Below are positions 41,544-52,018 of a stretch of DNA of 64,000 nt, piece after piece. The stretch's first letter is position 1; every line of letters begins with the position of its first letter. The notes below the pieces were generated by a model, which was given only the letters and a program-made list of their open reading frames with translations, searched no databases and was not told where the DNA came from. This DNA comes from Planctomycetota bacterium (GTDB lineage Bacteria > Planctomycetota > UBA1135 > UBA2386), in NCBI GenBank assembly GCA_046290465.1, contig JBKAGP010000001.1:5440001-5504000 (forward strand). The letters run 5' to 3'. Made by a program: the position numbers and the translations under genes.

Positions 41544-41891
41544 TCAGCGGTGGAGGGTGCCGGTGATGCGGACGGTCTTGAGGCGGACGAGGCCGAGGGA
41601 GAGGTGGGTGCCGAGCCAGTCCCAGAAGTTGGCGCCGGCGCGCACGCGGAAGTCCGAGATCGAGGTCGCACCGTCGCAGCGTTCGCGCAGCAGGTCGGCG
41701 ACCTTCGGCTGCTTCTCGCCGAGCAGGCCGTGCACGTACATCACGTACTTGCTGTCCAGGGAGAACGGCTCGCCGCCGGGGGCGCCGTGGGAGTCGGCGC
41801 GCACCGGGAAGGGCACGCCGTCGAGGTCGTAGCGCATCGAGCTGCACGCGGTCGCGAGCAGCAGAAGGAGCACGGTGGTCGCACGGAGCAT
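41544..41891 (-). CDS. Small lipoprotein (Bor/TRL-like)
   Basis: Lipobox LATAC; C-terminal FWDWLGTHLSLGLVRLKTVRITG. Confidence 0.7.
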   Translation of the reverse strand: MLRATTVLLLLLATACSSMRYDLDGVPFPVRADSHGAPGGEPFSLDSKYVMYVHGLLGEKQPKVADLLRERCDGATSISDFRVRAGANFWDWLGTHLSLGLVRLKTVRITGTLHR

Positions 41892-42061
41892 CGCGCCATG
41901 TTCGCGGCTCGATGGCGGTGGCGCCAGCGCGACGCGCGCAGAGATACGCGCCGGAGTATCGAGGGCCCGGCGGCGGCGTCACCGCGTGGGGTAGAGTTGG
42001 ATTTCCTGCAGCGGCCGCGGCGTTCGGAAGAACGCTCCCGTCCCCCGAAGCCTGGCTGCCC

Positions 42062-44632
42062 ATGACCATCCCCGAGCAGAGCGTGGAGGAGGCCTTCCTG
42101 GCCTACCGCAAGGACCGCGACCCGGCGGCGCTGGCCGCGGTCTACGACGGCACGTCGTCGCGCATGCTCGCCGTCGCGCTGCACCTGGCCAGCAGCGCCA
42201 ACGCCGCCGAGGACGCGGTGCAGGACACGTTCCTGTTCGCGCTCGAACACCCAGAACGCTGGGACGAAACCCGGCCGCTGGTGCCGTGGCTGCTCGGCAT
42301 CCTGGTCAACCGCCTGCGCCAGTCGGCCTACCGCGCCAACCGCACGCCCGATCCCGGCCGCATCGCGCAGCCGGACGTTCCGGATCCCTCGTCGGAGCTG
42401 CAGGCGAGCGAGCTGCTGACCCGCATCGACGACGCGATCACGCACCTGCCGCAGCCGTATCGGACGGTCGTGCTGCTGCGACTCCGCAACGGCCTCGAAC
42501 CGGCCGACATCGCGGTCGCGCTCGATCGCAAGCCGAGCACCGTGCGCGCGCAGCTGACGCGCGGTGTCGAGATGCTGCGCAAGGTCCTGCCCGCCGGCGT
42601 CGCAGGCCTGATCCTCGGCACGCTGGCGCTGCCCCGGGGGCTGACCGCCGCGCGTGAGGTCGTGCTGAAGCGGGCCGCCGAAGTGCAGCGCGCGCTCGAG
42701 ATGCAGGCGCCGCTGGCCACACTCAAGCTCTGGTTGTTCGGCACCGGCGGCGTGCTGGCGATCGCGGCGCTGATCTGGGCGCTGGTGCTCGCGCGATCCG
42801 ATCCCGAGCTGCCGGAGCCGATCGACGAGCTGTTCGGGGTGGTCACCGAGACCCAGTCCGAGGTGCGCGAACTGCCCCTGCCGACGCCGTCCGCGCCGCC
42901 GTCGAGCGCGCGCGTCGAAGCGGCCGGCTCGACGGTGGTGCGGGTGTTGCGCCGCGATCGGGGCATGCCGTTCGCCGCGGTCGAGATCGAACCGCTCGGC
43001 GACCCACCGCAGGCGTTCGTGCACGCGACGTCGACTACGCGCGGCAGCTGGCGCGACGTCGTGCCGGCGCTGCCCAATCCGCCCGCGCTGGTCCGCCGCG
43101 CGACCACCGGCAACGACGGTGCCTGCGTGTTCAACCGGCTGCCGCCGGGGATCTGGGTCGGTCGCGCGCTCGGTGTCTGCACCGTGTTCGAGGTGCGTGC
43201 CGGCAGCGCCGGCGAGGTGCGCCTGACGGTCGAGCCGGGCAGCCGTCTGGTGCGCGGCATCGCGCTCGACGGCGATGGCTTGCCTCTGGTCGGAGCCCGC
43301 GTCTGGACGTGCCAGGAACACCGCAGCCGGGTGCGGCGGTTCGTCACCGCGTGCGACGAGGCCGGTCGCTTCCAGCTCGCGGTCGCGCCTTCGACCACCG
43401 TCGGCGTGGTCGCCGCCGGACTGGCACCGGTGGCCGTCGCCGTCGGCCGGCTCGCCGACATGCCGCCGCTCGACGTGCGCATGGTGCTCGAGCAGCCCGG
43501 CGCCAGCATCCGCGGTCGCGTCGTCGACGCCGCGGGGCGGCCGGTGGCCGGCGCGGTCGTGCAGGTCGGCCACTCGCGCGACGCGAAGGTCCGTTCGTGG
43601 CCGCAACAGCCCCAGGTTGTCGCGCGCGCGACGCGCATCGTGACCGACGACGACGGCCGCTTCACCTGTGTCGGGCTGGTGCCTGGCGCGGTTCGTCTGC
43701 GCGCGTTCACTCCCGACGCCGGCGTGTGCAGCGAGGTCGTGCAGCTGGCGGCCGGCGGCGAGGCCACCCCGGAGCTGCGGCTGCGCGGCACCGGTTCGGT
43801 GCAGGGCGTCGTCACCGGTGCCGACGGTCGGCCGCTGGCGGGGGCGATGGTGCGGGTCGGACGTCGCGGCGCCGTCGACCACCGCTCGTGCGTCAGTGGG
43901 GCGGACGGTTCGTTCCGGCTCTCGGGCGTGCCGGTCGGAGACGTGCGGATCGAGGCGTGCGACTACCGCGACGGCTTCGCGAGCACCGTGCTGGAGGTCG
44001 TCGCCGGGCAGGCCGCGCCGTGGTCGCCGACGTTCACCGCCGAGGATCTGGTCCTGCGCGGCCGGCTGCAGACGCCAGGCGGTCAGCCGTTCGCGGCGTG
44101 GATCGTGCACCGCGGGCGCATCGGCACGCGCGTGCTGCGAACGGATGGCGACGGCCGCTTCGCGGTGCCGGTCTCGGAGCGCGAGGCCGCGCTCGAGCAG
44201 TCGGTGTTCGTCTACCTCGAGGATCCGCGCAACGCGCGCGGCCACGTGCAGGGCACGCCGCACACCGGGGCTCGCGATTTGCGCGTCGGCAGCGAGGCGG
44301 TGCTGACGGTGCCGCCGCGCGCCGACTACCGCGGGCCGCGGCTGCGCAAGCTGGTCGGCGGCGAGCACCCGGTGCACATGGCGATCGTCTGGCCCGATGG
44401 CGCGGCCGGCGACGAGAGCGTCGACCTCGAGGTCTTCGACGCCGACGGGGCGCTGCTGCACCGTTCGATCTACCGCGGCGGCCGCTTCAACCAGGAAGGG
44501 CCCTACGTACTGCTGCCGTTCGGGACGTTCCGCATCGAGGCGCGCACCGCGTCGGGCCTGGCGGCGACCGTGGTCACCGGGTTCGGCCCGCAGGCGCCGC
44601 AGTTGCGCGCGGTGCTGCTGCCGCTGCGCTGA
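42062..44632 (+). CDS. ECF sigma factor fused to a TM segment and carboxypeptidase-regulatory-like repeats
   Basis: AEDAVQDTFL, LVPWLLGILVN, LPQPYRTVVLLR..NGL...DIA..L....STVRAQLTRG; TM LFGTGGVLAIAALIWALVL; repeated GRVVDAAGRPVAGA. Confidence 0.88.
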   Translation: MTIPEQSVEEAFLAYRKDRDPAALAAVYDGTSSRMLAVALHLASSANAAEDAVQDTFLFALEHPERWDETRPLVPWLLGILVNRLRQSAYRANRTPDPGRIAQPDVPDPSSELQASELLTRIDDAITHLPQPYRTVVLLRLRNGLEPADIAVALDRKPSTVRAQLTRGVEMLRKVLPAGVAGLILGTLALPRGLTAAREVVLKRAAEVQRALEMQAPLATLKLWLFGTGGVLAIAALIWALVLARSDPELPEPIDELFGVVTETQSEVRELPLPTPSAPPSSARVEAAGSTVVRVLRRDRGMPFAAVEIEPLGDPPQAFVHATSTTRGSWRDVVPALPNPPALVRRATTGNDGACVFNRLPPGIWVGRALGVCTVFEVRAGSAGEVRLTVEPGSRLVRGIALDGDGLPLVGARVWTCQEHRSRVRRFVTACDEAGRFQLAVAPSTTVGVVAAGLAPVAVAVGRLADMPPLDVRMVLEQPGASIRGRVVDAAGRPVAGAVVQVGHSRDAKVRSWPQQPQVVARATRIVTDDDGRFTCVGLVPGAVRLRAFTPDAGVCSEVVQLAAGGEATPELRLRGTGSVQGVVTGADGRPLAGAMVRVGRRGAVDHRSCVSGADGSFRLSGVPVGDVRIEACDYRDGFASTVLEVVAGQAAPWSPTFTAEDLVLRGRLQTPGGQPFAAWIVHRGRIGTRVLRTDGDGRFAVPVSEREAALEQSVFVYLEDPRNARGHVQGTPHTGARDLRVGSEAVLTVPPRADYRGPRLRKLVGGEHPVHMAIVWPDGAAGDESVDLEVFDADGALLHRSIYRGGRFNQEGPYVLLPFGTFRIEARTASGLAATVVTGFGPQAPQLRAVLLPLR

Positions 44633-44664
44633 GCGCGCTCCCCGCAGGATGCGCGGTTCCTGCC

Positions 44665-45834
44665 TTACGGCAGGAACTTCTTCGGCTCCGCGAGCTTGCG
44701 CGGCAGGTACTCCTCGATCACGAAGTTGAGGCCCCACTTGGCCAGCGCCTGCTGCTCGGCGCGAACGCCCATCTTCAGCATCATCTTGATCGCCTTCTGC
44801 CACTCCTTGTGCGCCTGGAAGAACGGGTCGTTCTTGAGTGCGTCCTTGGCGCGCTTGACGTCGACGTCCTTGAGCGGGTGGGTCGCGTCCTGCAGCTCGA
44901 AGTCGAGGATGTCCTGCGGCGTCACGCCGAGGTAGCGCGCCTGCGGCACGCAGAAGAACTTGTTGAGGTGCACCGCGTTGCCGGAGCCGACCTTGAGCGT
45001 GCGGTAGATGTTGGAGATCCCGTACGGATCGCAGTCGTTGAAGCAGTAGACGGGCAGCTTGTTGTCGTCGGACAGCTTGCGGATGAAGCGCCGCGTCGAG
45101 CGCGTCGGCACGCCGGACGTGCCGATGATGATGCAGTTGACGTCGCGCCACCACTTGTGTTCGTGCAGCCGCGCGAACATGCCGCCGGTCTCGATGACCA
45201 GGATGAACTCGGCCTTGGTCTCGAACTTGAAGTGTTCGACGGAGCTCGGAATCGTGTAGCTGCCGCTGCCGAAGCGCGTGCAGTCGATGCGCTCCTCGGC
45301 GCCGGTCTCGCGGTCGCGGTCGATCACCACCAGCGAACCCGCGACGTTGCCGCCGTGATCCTCCGGACGGAACCGCAGCTGCTCGCGCGCGACGCCCTCG
45401 AGGCTGAACAGCGCCTCGATGTCGTCCATCACCGTGTCCGACTCGGGCTGCGACGTGAACTTCGCCTCGCCCCAGTTCTTGGACACGTAGTAGGCCTCTC
45501 GCTTGGTCGCGAAGTCGTCCTCCTGGACCATGTCCTTGCTGAGCGCCATCAGCTTGAGCGTCTGCGCGAACGTCTTGACGGTGTTGACCGTCAGCGTGCG
45601 TTCGATGCGGCCGCGGCCCATCTGGAAGCCGCCCTTCTTGTCGTAGCGCGCATTCTTCAGCGATCGCTCGGGGAACTTCAGCTCGGGCTTGTCGAGCTTC
45701 TGGATGCGGCCGTAGACGTGCTCGGCGCAGCGGTTGATCTCCCCGACCGTCACCTGGTCCAGCTTCGACATCGGCTTGCGCTGCTTGGGCTTCGCCGGCT
45801 TCTTGGTGATCTTCTTGGTCTTCTTGGCTGCCAT
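44665..45834 (-). CDS. top6A: DNA topoisomerase VI subunit A (Spo11 family)
   Basis: TKREAYY (catalytic Tyr), QPESD..MDDIE, ILVIE, GVP..STRRF, TOPRIM NDCDPYG, RAEQQAL. Confidence 0.93.
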   Translation of the reverse strand: MAAKKTKKITKKPAKPKQRKPMSKLDQVTVGEINRCAEHVYGRIQKLDKPELKFPERSLKNARYDKKGGFQMGRGRIERTLTVNTVKTFAQTLKLMALSKDMVQEDDFATKREAYYVSKNWGEAKFTSQPESDTVMDDIEALFSLEGVAREQLRFRPEDHGGNVAGSLVVIDRDRETGAEERIDCTRFGSGSYTIPSSVEHFKFETKAEFILVIETGGMFARLHEHKWWRDVNCIIIGTSGVPTRSTRRFIRKLSDDNKLPVYCFNDCDPYGISNIYRTLKVGSGNAVHLNKFFCVPQARYLGVTPQDILDFELQDATHPLKDVDVKRAKDALKNDPFFQAHKEWQKAIKMMLKMGVRAEQQALAKWGLNFVIEEYLPRKLAEPKKFLP

Positions 45835-45908
45835 GGATTCTCATCGGGCTCTGACCAGCCCGCTTCGACCGGATCGTAGCGAAGCGCGTCGACAGTTCGC
45901 AGGCAGAA

Positions 45909-47405
45909 ATGAACGGCTCCCCAGCGCCACAAGAGCCTCCTCGTGGAGTGTTGCCAACGTTGCGGCGGCTCGGACCCGGGCTGATCATCGCCGGCTCGAT
46001 CGTCGGCTCGGGCGAGCTGATCGCGACCACCAAGGTCGGCGCCGAAGCGGGCTTCACGCTGCTGTGGCTGATCGTCGTCGGTTGCGTCGTCAAGGTGTTC
46101 ACGCAGGTCGAGTTCGGCCGCGGTGCGATCGGGCGCGGGCGCACCGCGCTGCAGCTGCTCGACGACCTGCCGGGGCCGCGCTGGCGCGCCGGCTGGGCGG
46201 TGTGGCTGTGGGTCGCGATGACGCTGCTGACGCTGGCGCAGCAGGGCGGCATCGTCGGCGGGGTCGGCCAGGCGCTGACGATGGCGGTGCCGCTGACCGA
46301 ACGCGGCGCCGAGCTGCAGCAGCTGCAGGGCGAACTGGTCGCGCTGCAGGTGCAGATGGCGATGCAGCCGGACGTGCTCGATCTCGGCGCGATGCAGGTG
46401 CAGGCGGCCCTGCTGCAGGGACGCATCGAGGCGCTCGGCGGCTCGTCCGACGCGGTGCTGTGGGCGGCGATCCTGACCGCGCCGACCGCCGTCGTGCTGG
46501 TCGTCGGCCGCTTCACGCTGATCCAGCTGTTCGCGACCGGCATGGTGGTCGCCTTCACGATCGTCACCGTGCTGACCGTCGCGATGCTGCAGGCGCAGCC
46601 GGACTGGGCGATCCGTTCGGCGGAGCTGCTGCACGGGATGTCGTTCTCGCTGCCCGAGGCGGGCGGCGGTGCGGCGTCGTCGATGGGGACCGCGCTGGCG
46701 GCGTTCGGGATCATCGGGGTCGGCGCGGCCGAACTGGTGATGTATCCGTACTGGTGCCTCGAGAAGGGCTACGCGCGCTGGACCGGCGAGGCCGACGGCA
46801 GCGCCGACTGGCGCGGCCGCGCGCGCGGCTGGCTGCGGGTGATGCGTTGGGACGCGTGGCTGTCGGCGATCGTCTACACGTTCGCGACGGTGGCGTTCTA
46901 CCTTCTCGGCGCCGCGGTGCTCGGCCGCGTCGGACTCAACCCCGAGAAGGGCGCCATGGTGCGCACGCTGGCGCAGATGTACGTGCCGGTGTTCGGCGAG
47001 TGGGCGCGACCGATGTTCCTGGTCGGCGCGTTCTGCGTGCTCTACTCGACCTTCTTCGTGGCCAGCGCCGGCCTCGCGCGGATCGCGGCCGACTGCGTCA
47101 TGGTGCTCGGCCTCACACCGCGAACGGATGGTGCGCGGCGCCGCTGGACCCGCGTCTTCTGCGGCCTGTTGCCGGTGATCAGCTTCGCGGTGTTCGCGTG
47201 GGTCGAAGCGCCAGCCCAACTCGTGCTCGCCGGCGGCGTCGCGCAGGCGCTGATGCTGCCGGTGCTCGGCTTCGCGGCGCTGTGGGCCCGCTATCGCTGG
47301 ACCGACGTCGGGCTGCGACCGGGCCGCGCGTGGGACGTCGCGCTGTGGCTGTCGTGCGCCGCGTTCGTCGTGGTCGGTGCGTGGTCGCTGCTCTCCCGAT
47401 GGTAG
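45909..47405 (+). CDS. Nramp/MntH-superfamily transporter
   Basis: LGPGLIIAGSIVGSGELI, GFTLLW, YPYWCLEKGY; multiple TM helices. Confidence 0.85.
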   Translation: MNGSPAPQEPPRGVLPTLRRLGPGLIIAGSIVGSGELIATTKVGAEAGFTLLWLIVVGCVVKVFTQVEFGRGAIGRGRTALQLLDDLPGPRWRAGWAVWLWVAMTLLTLAQQGGIVGGVGQALTMAVPLTERGAELQQLQGELVALQVQMAMQPDVLDLGAMQVQAALLQGRIEALGGSSDAVLWAAILTAPTAVVLVVGRFTLIQLFATGMVVAFTIVTVLTVAMLQAQPDWAIRSAELLHGMSFSLPEAGGGAASSMGTALAAFGIIGVGAAELVMYPYWCLEKGYARWTGEADGSADWRGRARGWLRVMRWDAWLSAIVYTFATVAFYLLGAAVLGRVGLNPEKGAMVRTLAQMYVPVFGEWARPMFLVGAFCVLYSTFFVASAGLARIAADCVMVLGLTPRTDGARRRWTRVFCGLLPVISFAVFAWVEAPAQLVLAGGVAQALMLPVLGFAALWARYRWTDVGLRPGRAWDVALWLSCAAFVVVGAWSLLSRW

Positions 47406-47539
47406 CGGCGGCGGCGTCGGCCATGGCGGCAACCGCTTAGGGGATGGTCCCACTGCGGGCATCCATCGCATGGGCGCTCGTGCTGGCAAACGCTTGAGGG
47501 CTACGCCATCGACTCCCGATAGACCGGGCCGGAGGGGGT

Positions 47540-48421
47540 ATGAGCAAGCACACGATCGTCGCGTTGTTCCTGACCGGCGCCGCCGCTGTCGCGCAGCAGG
47601 CGCCGAAGCTCGAATGGGTCGGCTGCGGCATCGCCAAGAAGGCGTTCATGACGTCGCTCGCGGAGGGCTACGAGAAGCACTGTGGAGTGCGGATCTCGCT
47701 CGCCGGCGGCGGCGCGACGCGCGGCATCCGCGACGTCGCCGCTGGCAAGGCGGACCTCGGCGGCACCTGCCGCCACAAGCTCGACCGACCGGACGAGGCC
47801 GACGCGGTGCTGCACCCGGTCGGTTGGGACGCGATCGTCGTCGTCGTGCATCCGGACAACCCGATCCAGAGCATCTCCTTCGGGGACCTGAAGAAGGTGC
47901 TGACCGGCGCCGTCACCAACTGGCAGCAGCTCGGTGGTGAGGACCACGCGATCGACGTGTTCGCTCGCAAGAGCAAGACGTCGGGGGTCGGCCTGATGGC
48001 GCGCGAACTGATCTTCTGGAACCCCGACTTCGAGTTCGCCGGGGCCACCAGGACGTTCCGCTCGAGCGGCCCGCTCGAACTGGCGCTCGAGAAGTCGCCG
48101 CACGCACTCGGCCTGACCGGCGTCAGCAGCGCGCACAAGCGCAAGCTGAAGATGCTGCAGGTCAACGGCAAGGCTCCGGACGCGAAGAACATCATGACCG
48201 GCGCCTACCCGGTCGTTCGCCCGCTCTACCTCGTGAGCAACAAGAAGGCCTCGGCCGCAGTGAAGCAGTTCGTCGCCTGGACCCTGAAGGACGGCCAGAA
48301 GCTGATCCAGAAGGAGGGCACGGTGACGGCCGCCGAAGGCCGCAAGCTGTGGGTCAAGTACAACAAGCTGATGAAGGGCATCCGGACGCGCCAGCGCGCC
48401 GCCGCGAAGCCCGGCAAGTAA
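47540..48421 (+). CDS. PstS-like periplasmic binding protein
   Basis: [56 protein letters not shown]. Confidence 0.85.
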   Translation: MSKHTIVALFLTGAAAVAQQAPKLEWVGCGIAKKAFMTSLAEGYEKHCGVRISLAGGGATRGIRDVAAGKADLGGTCRHKLDRPDEADAVLHPVGWDAIVVVVHPDNPIQSISFGDLKKVLTGAVTNWQQLGGEDHAIDVFARKSKTSGVGLMARELIFWNPDFEFAGATRTFRSSGPLELALEKSPHALGLTGVSSAHKRKLKMLQVNGKAPDAKNIMTGAYPVVRPLYLVSNKKASAAVKQFVAWTLKDGQKLIQKEGTVTAAEGRKLWVKYNKLMKGIRTRQRAAAKPGK

Positions 48422-48440
48422 CGCCAACCGGACCAACCCC

Positions 48441-50243
48441 GTGCGCCTCAGAACCGCGATCCTGGTCGGCCTTGCGCCGGCGCTCCTGCCGCTCGTCGGC
48501 TCGACGCTTTGGACCTACTCGAGCACGTCCGAGAGCATGCTGTGCGATCGCGAACGGATCGTGCAGCTGGTCGCCGACAACGCCGCGATGCGGGTCGAGG
48601 CCCGCGTCGAGCGTGCTGCGCAGACGGTCGCGTCGTGGCAGCGCAACGCCGCGGACTCGCTCGGCCTCGGCCTCGAGTTCGAGAACGGCGACGAGGTGCG
48701 CTCGGTGCTGCAGGGCATGTTGTCTACAGCCGATGGCTTCGAACTGCTGCTGCTCGTCGATGCCGACGGCAAGCTGGTGCAGGCCGCGGATGGCGATGGG
48801 CGGGCCGGGCTGCTGGCGAGGTTGCGGGAGGCCGAGGTGCCGCTGCTGCTGGACCGCGTGCCGGCCGACGGCCGCTTCGCGCTGATGCGCCATCCCGCGC
48901 TCGACGCGATCGGGAGCGCGCAGCCCCGCACGCTGGTGGCGTCGTTCGCGACCAGCTCGAGCGTCGGCGAGGCGAACGGCAGCGTGCTGGCGTTCTTGCG
49001 CTGGAGTGAGGTCGCCGGCATCGTCGGAATGCCGGTGGCACAGCTGCATGAGACCGGCATGCCGGGCGGTGCCTGTCGCCTGTCGCGCGCCGGCGGCGAC
49101 GTGCTCAGCGGCGTCGGCGGCGAGCAGGTGTTCGACGATGCGGTGGCGGCCACCCGGCCGATCGAGGCGGGCCGGATCGACGCCAGGCTCGAGCTGCGGG
49201 TCGGCGCGCCGGCTGCCGTCGCGCTGGCGCCCGTGCGCACGCTGGCGGCCGTGAACTTCTCGCTCGGCCTGGCCGCCATCGGCCTGCTGGTCGGGCTCGG
49301 TGCGCTGGTCGCCGCGCGGCTGACCCGCAGCCTGTCGTCGGTGGGCACGCGGCTGGCGGCGATCGCCAGCGGCGGCAGCGACCTGCGCGCCCGCGTGCCC
49401 GAGGTCGGGGTGCACGAGGTGCGCGCGCTGGCCGGATCGTTCAACACGTTCGTCGGCGGGCTGCACGACCTGATCTGCGACGTGCAGGCACAGGCGATGA
49501 CGATCGAACGGGGCACCACCACGCTGGACTGCGAGATCCAGGAGATCGTCGAGCGAGCGTCGTCCCAGGCTGCGTCGACGCAGGCCATGCGCGGCACGCT
49601 GCACGAGATCGCCGACGGCACCGCCGCGTTTGCCGAGGCGGCGAAGCGGGTCGAGGTGTCGTCACAGAAGACCAGTGACGGTGTTGCGACCGGTCGCGCC
49701 AACATGCAGGACGCGACCGTCAAGATGCAGGCGATCACCGAGTCGGCGCACGAGATCGGCAAGGTCATCGACGTGGTGCAGAACATCGCGTTCCAGACCA
49801 ACCTGCTGGCGCTCAACGCCGCGGTCGAGGCCGCGCGTGCCGGCGAGGCCGGCAAGGGCTTCGCCGTCGTCGCCGAGGAGGTGCGCACGCTGGCGGCTCG
49901 CGCCGGTGCTGCGGCGCAGCAGACCGAAGGGCTTGTGCATGCGTCGATCGAGAACGTCGAGCAGGGCACCGAGTGCATGCAGGCGGCGACGGCGTCGTTC
50001 GAGGTCATCCTCGACCAGTCGAAGGCGCTCGGCGAAGAGATCGCCAGGACCGTGGACCAGGCCGAATCGCAGAACCGGTCGGTGTCGGTGCTGCAGGACG
50101 CGATCGTGCAGGTCGACGGCGACGCCAACCGGACCGCGGCCGGCACCCAGCAGCTGGCCGCGGGGGTCGCCGAGAACGCCGCCGCCGCCGCGATGCTGAA
50201 CGCGCTGACGTCGCAGTTCGTGGTCGAGCAGCCGGCGTCGTAG
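48441..50243 (+). CDS. Methyl-accepting chemotaxis protein
   Basis: Two TMs, [38 protein letters not shown]. Confidence 0.95.
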   Translation: MRLRTAILVGLAPALLPLVGSTLWTYSSTSESMLCDRERIVQLVADNAAMRVEARVERAAQTVASWQRNAADSLGLGLEFENGDEVRSVLQGMLSTADGFELLLLVDADGKLVQAADGDGRAGLLARLREAEVPLLLDRVPADGRFALMRHPALDAIGSAQPRTLVASFATSSSVGEANGSVLAFLRWSEVAGIVGMPVAQLHETGMPGGACRLSRAGGDVLSGVGGEQVFDDAVAATRPIEAGRIDARLELRVGAPAAVALAPVRTLAAVNFSLGLAAIGLLVGLGALVAARLTRSLSSVGTRLAAIASGGSDLRARVPEVGVHEVRALAGSFNTFVGGLHDLICDVQAQAMTIERGTTTLDCEIQEIVERASSQAASTQAMRGTLHEIADGTAAFAEAAKRVEVSSQKTSDGVATGRANMQDATVKMQAITESAHEIGKVIDVVQNIAFQTNLLALNAAVEAARAGEAGKGFAVVAEEVRTLAARAGAAAQQTEGLVHASIENVEQGTECMQAATASFEVILDQSKALGEEIARTVDQAESQNRSVSVLQDAIVQVDGDANRTAAGTQQLAAGVAENAAAAAMLNALTSQFVVEQPAS

Positions 50244-50296
50244 CCCCGTCCGCCGGCGCGGTAACGCCGCCGGCCGGACGTCGACCCGACCGTTCG

Positions 50297-52015
50297 TCAG
50301 TCGGCTCGGCGGCACGCGGCGCGCTCGTGCAGCCGCGACCAGTGCGACGGGGTGATCGGCATCGCCTCGCCGAACGCGGCCGCCGCGAGCAGCTCGCCGG
50401 CCCACGGTCCGGTGACCGCACCACGCGAGCCGTGGGCCAGCGTGACCGCGCGGTCGGGCGACGGCATGCCGATGCGCGCTAGCCGCTGCGCGGTGGTGGC
50501 GCGCACGCCGACGAAGCGGCGCACGGTCGGCAGGTCGCGCAGCGCTGCGGCGACCGCCGGCAAGGCGTCGAACTTCTGCAGCACGCGCGCGTCGTCGTCG
50601 GGCCGCTCGTCGCCCGCGTCGTCGCGGCGGTCGTAGGTCGAGCCGAGCCAGAGGCGTCCGTCCCGGTCGGGCGGGCACAGGTAGCCGGTCGTGCAGAGCA
50701 CCGCGCGCGGCGCGGCCGCGGGTGCCGGGATCGCGATCGCCTGGCCGCGCACCAGCTCGCCGTCGGCGATGCGCGCGGTCGCGTCGACCTCGAGGTCGAC
50801 GGCGGTCGTCGGCGGTTCGGCGACGACCTCGATCGCCTGGTGGGCGAGCAGTTCGTGCACGGCGCCGCTGAGGTCGACGACGCCGCCGGTCGGGATCCAG
50901 GCGGCGCCGAACGGCAGCGCGATGCCGGCCTGCTCACTGGCGCGTTCGCGCGGGCACCAGTGGGCGAGGTCGGCGGTGCGCGGGTTCTCGGCGCGGGCGC
51001 GCACGCGGGCTTCGTCGTCGGCGTCGACCGCGCAGAGCAGCACGCCGCAGCCGCGGAACGAAGCCGGCGCGTTCTGCGGCAGCCATCGCGAAGTCCAGCG
51101 GAAGGCCTCGGCGACGATCTCGGCGTCGGGCACCGAATGGCGGCTCGGCCGCCACAGCCGCGGCCGCACGGCGGCGGCGGGGATGCCGGAGGCACCGTCG
51201 GCGATGCCGTCGGGCCCGTGCACGGTGACCCGGCAGCCGCGCGCGGCGAACGCGCGCGCCGCCGACGCACCCGCGATGCCGGCGCCGCGGACCAGCACGT
51301 GCTGCGGTGCGCGCGTGCGAGCGACGGCGGCGTCCTCGCCGAGCCAGCGGGCGTGCAGCATTTCGCGCTTGTCGCCGAAGCCGCGTCGGCGCTCGAGCTC
51401 GAAGCCGGCCGCGAGCAGCGCACGCCGGACGTCGCCGGCGACGGTGTAGGTGGCGGCGGTCGCGCCCGGTCGGCAGCGGTCGGCGACGGCGCGGAGCAGT
51501 TCGGGCGTCCACAGCTCCGGGTTGACGCGTGGTGCGAAACCGTCGAGGTACCAGGCATCCGCCGCGAACGTGTGGCCGTGCAGCACCGTGCGGGCATCGC
51601 CGAGCAGCAGGTTGAGCGTGACCCGTCCGTCTGCGAACACGGCGCGGGTGTCGCCGCCCTGCAGGGTCTGCCGCACCCGCTGCGCTGCGTCGTGCCATGC
51701 CTCTGGCAGCCGCGCGTGCACGGGGCCGAGCACGTCCGCGCCGAGCGGTGTGCGTTCGCAGCTGATGTAGACGAGTCGCGCGTCGGGGTGGGCGTGCTCG
51801 GCGAACGCGCGCAGCGTCACCAGGAAGTTCATGCCGGTGCCGAAGCCCAGTTCGGCGACGACGAACGTGCCGCGCGCCGCCGCGAACCGTTCGCGCAGGT
51901 CGTTGCCGTCGACGAACACGTGCGCCGCCTGCTGCACGCCGTCGCCGCTGAAGTAGACGTCGCCGAACTGCGTCGAGCGCAGCCGGCCGTCGGCATCGAA
52001 ATGCGCGGGCGTCAC
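50297..52015 (-). CDS. mnmC: Bifunctional tRNA mnm5s2U34 methyltransferase / FAD-dependent oxidoreductase
   Basis: FGDVYFS, ELGFGTGMNF, DAWYLDGFAP..NPELW, GFGDKREML; GAGIAGA, VRGQ, HGSRG. Confidence 0.9.
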   Translation of the reverse strand: MTPAHFDADGRLRSTQFGDVYFSGDGVQQAAHVFVDGNDLRERFAAARGTFVVAELGFGTGMNFLVTLRAFAEHAHPDARLVYISCERTPLGADVLGPVHARLPEAWHDAAQRVRQTLQGGDTRAVFADGRVTLNLLLGDARTVLHGHTFAADAWYLDGFAPRVNPELWTPELLRAVADRCRPGATAATYTVAGDVRRALLAAGFELERRRGFGDKREMLHARWLGEDAAVARTRAPQHVLVRGAGIAGASAARAFAARGCRVTVHGPDGIADGASGIPAAAVRPRLWRPSRHSVPDAEIVAEAFRWTSRWLPQNAPASFRGCGVLLCAVDADDEARVRARAENPRTADLAHWCPRERASEQAGIALPFGAAWIPTGGVVDLSGAVHELLAHQAIEVVAEPPTTAVDLEVDATARIADGELVRGQAIAIPAPAAAPRAVLCTTGYLCPPDRDGRLWLGSTYDRRDDAGDERPDDDARVLQKFDALPAVAAALRDLPTVRRFVGVRATTAQRLARIGMPSPDRAVTLAHGSRGAVTGPWAGELLAAAAFGEAMPITPSHWSRLHERAACRRAD

Positions 52016-52018
52016 CGC

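Noticed and set aside
44665..45834. Top6A as a Wadjet JetD or other defence TOPRIM nuclease
   Set aside because: It has the full Spo11/Top6A motif set, a cognate top6B lies nearby, and there are no SMC-like jet genes.
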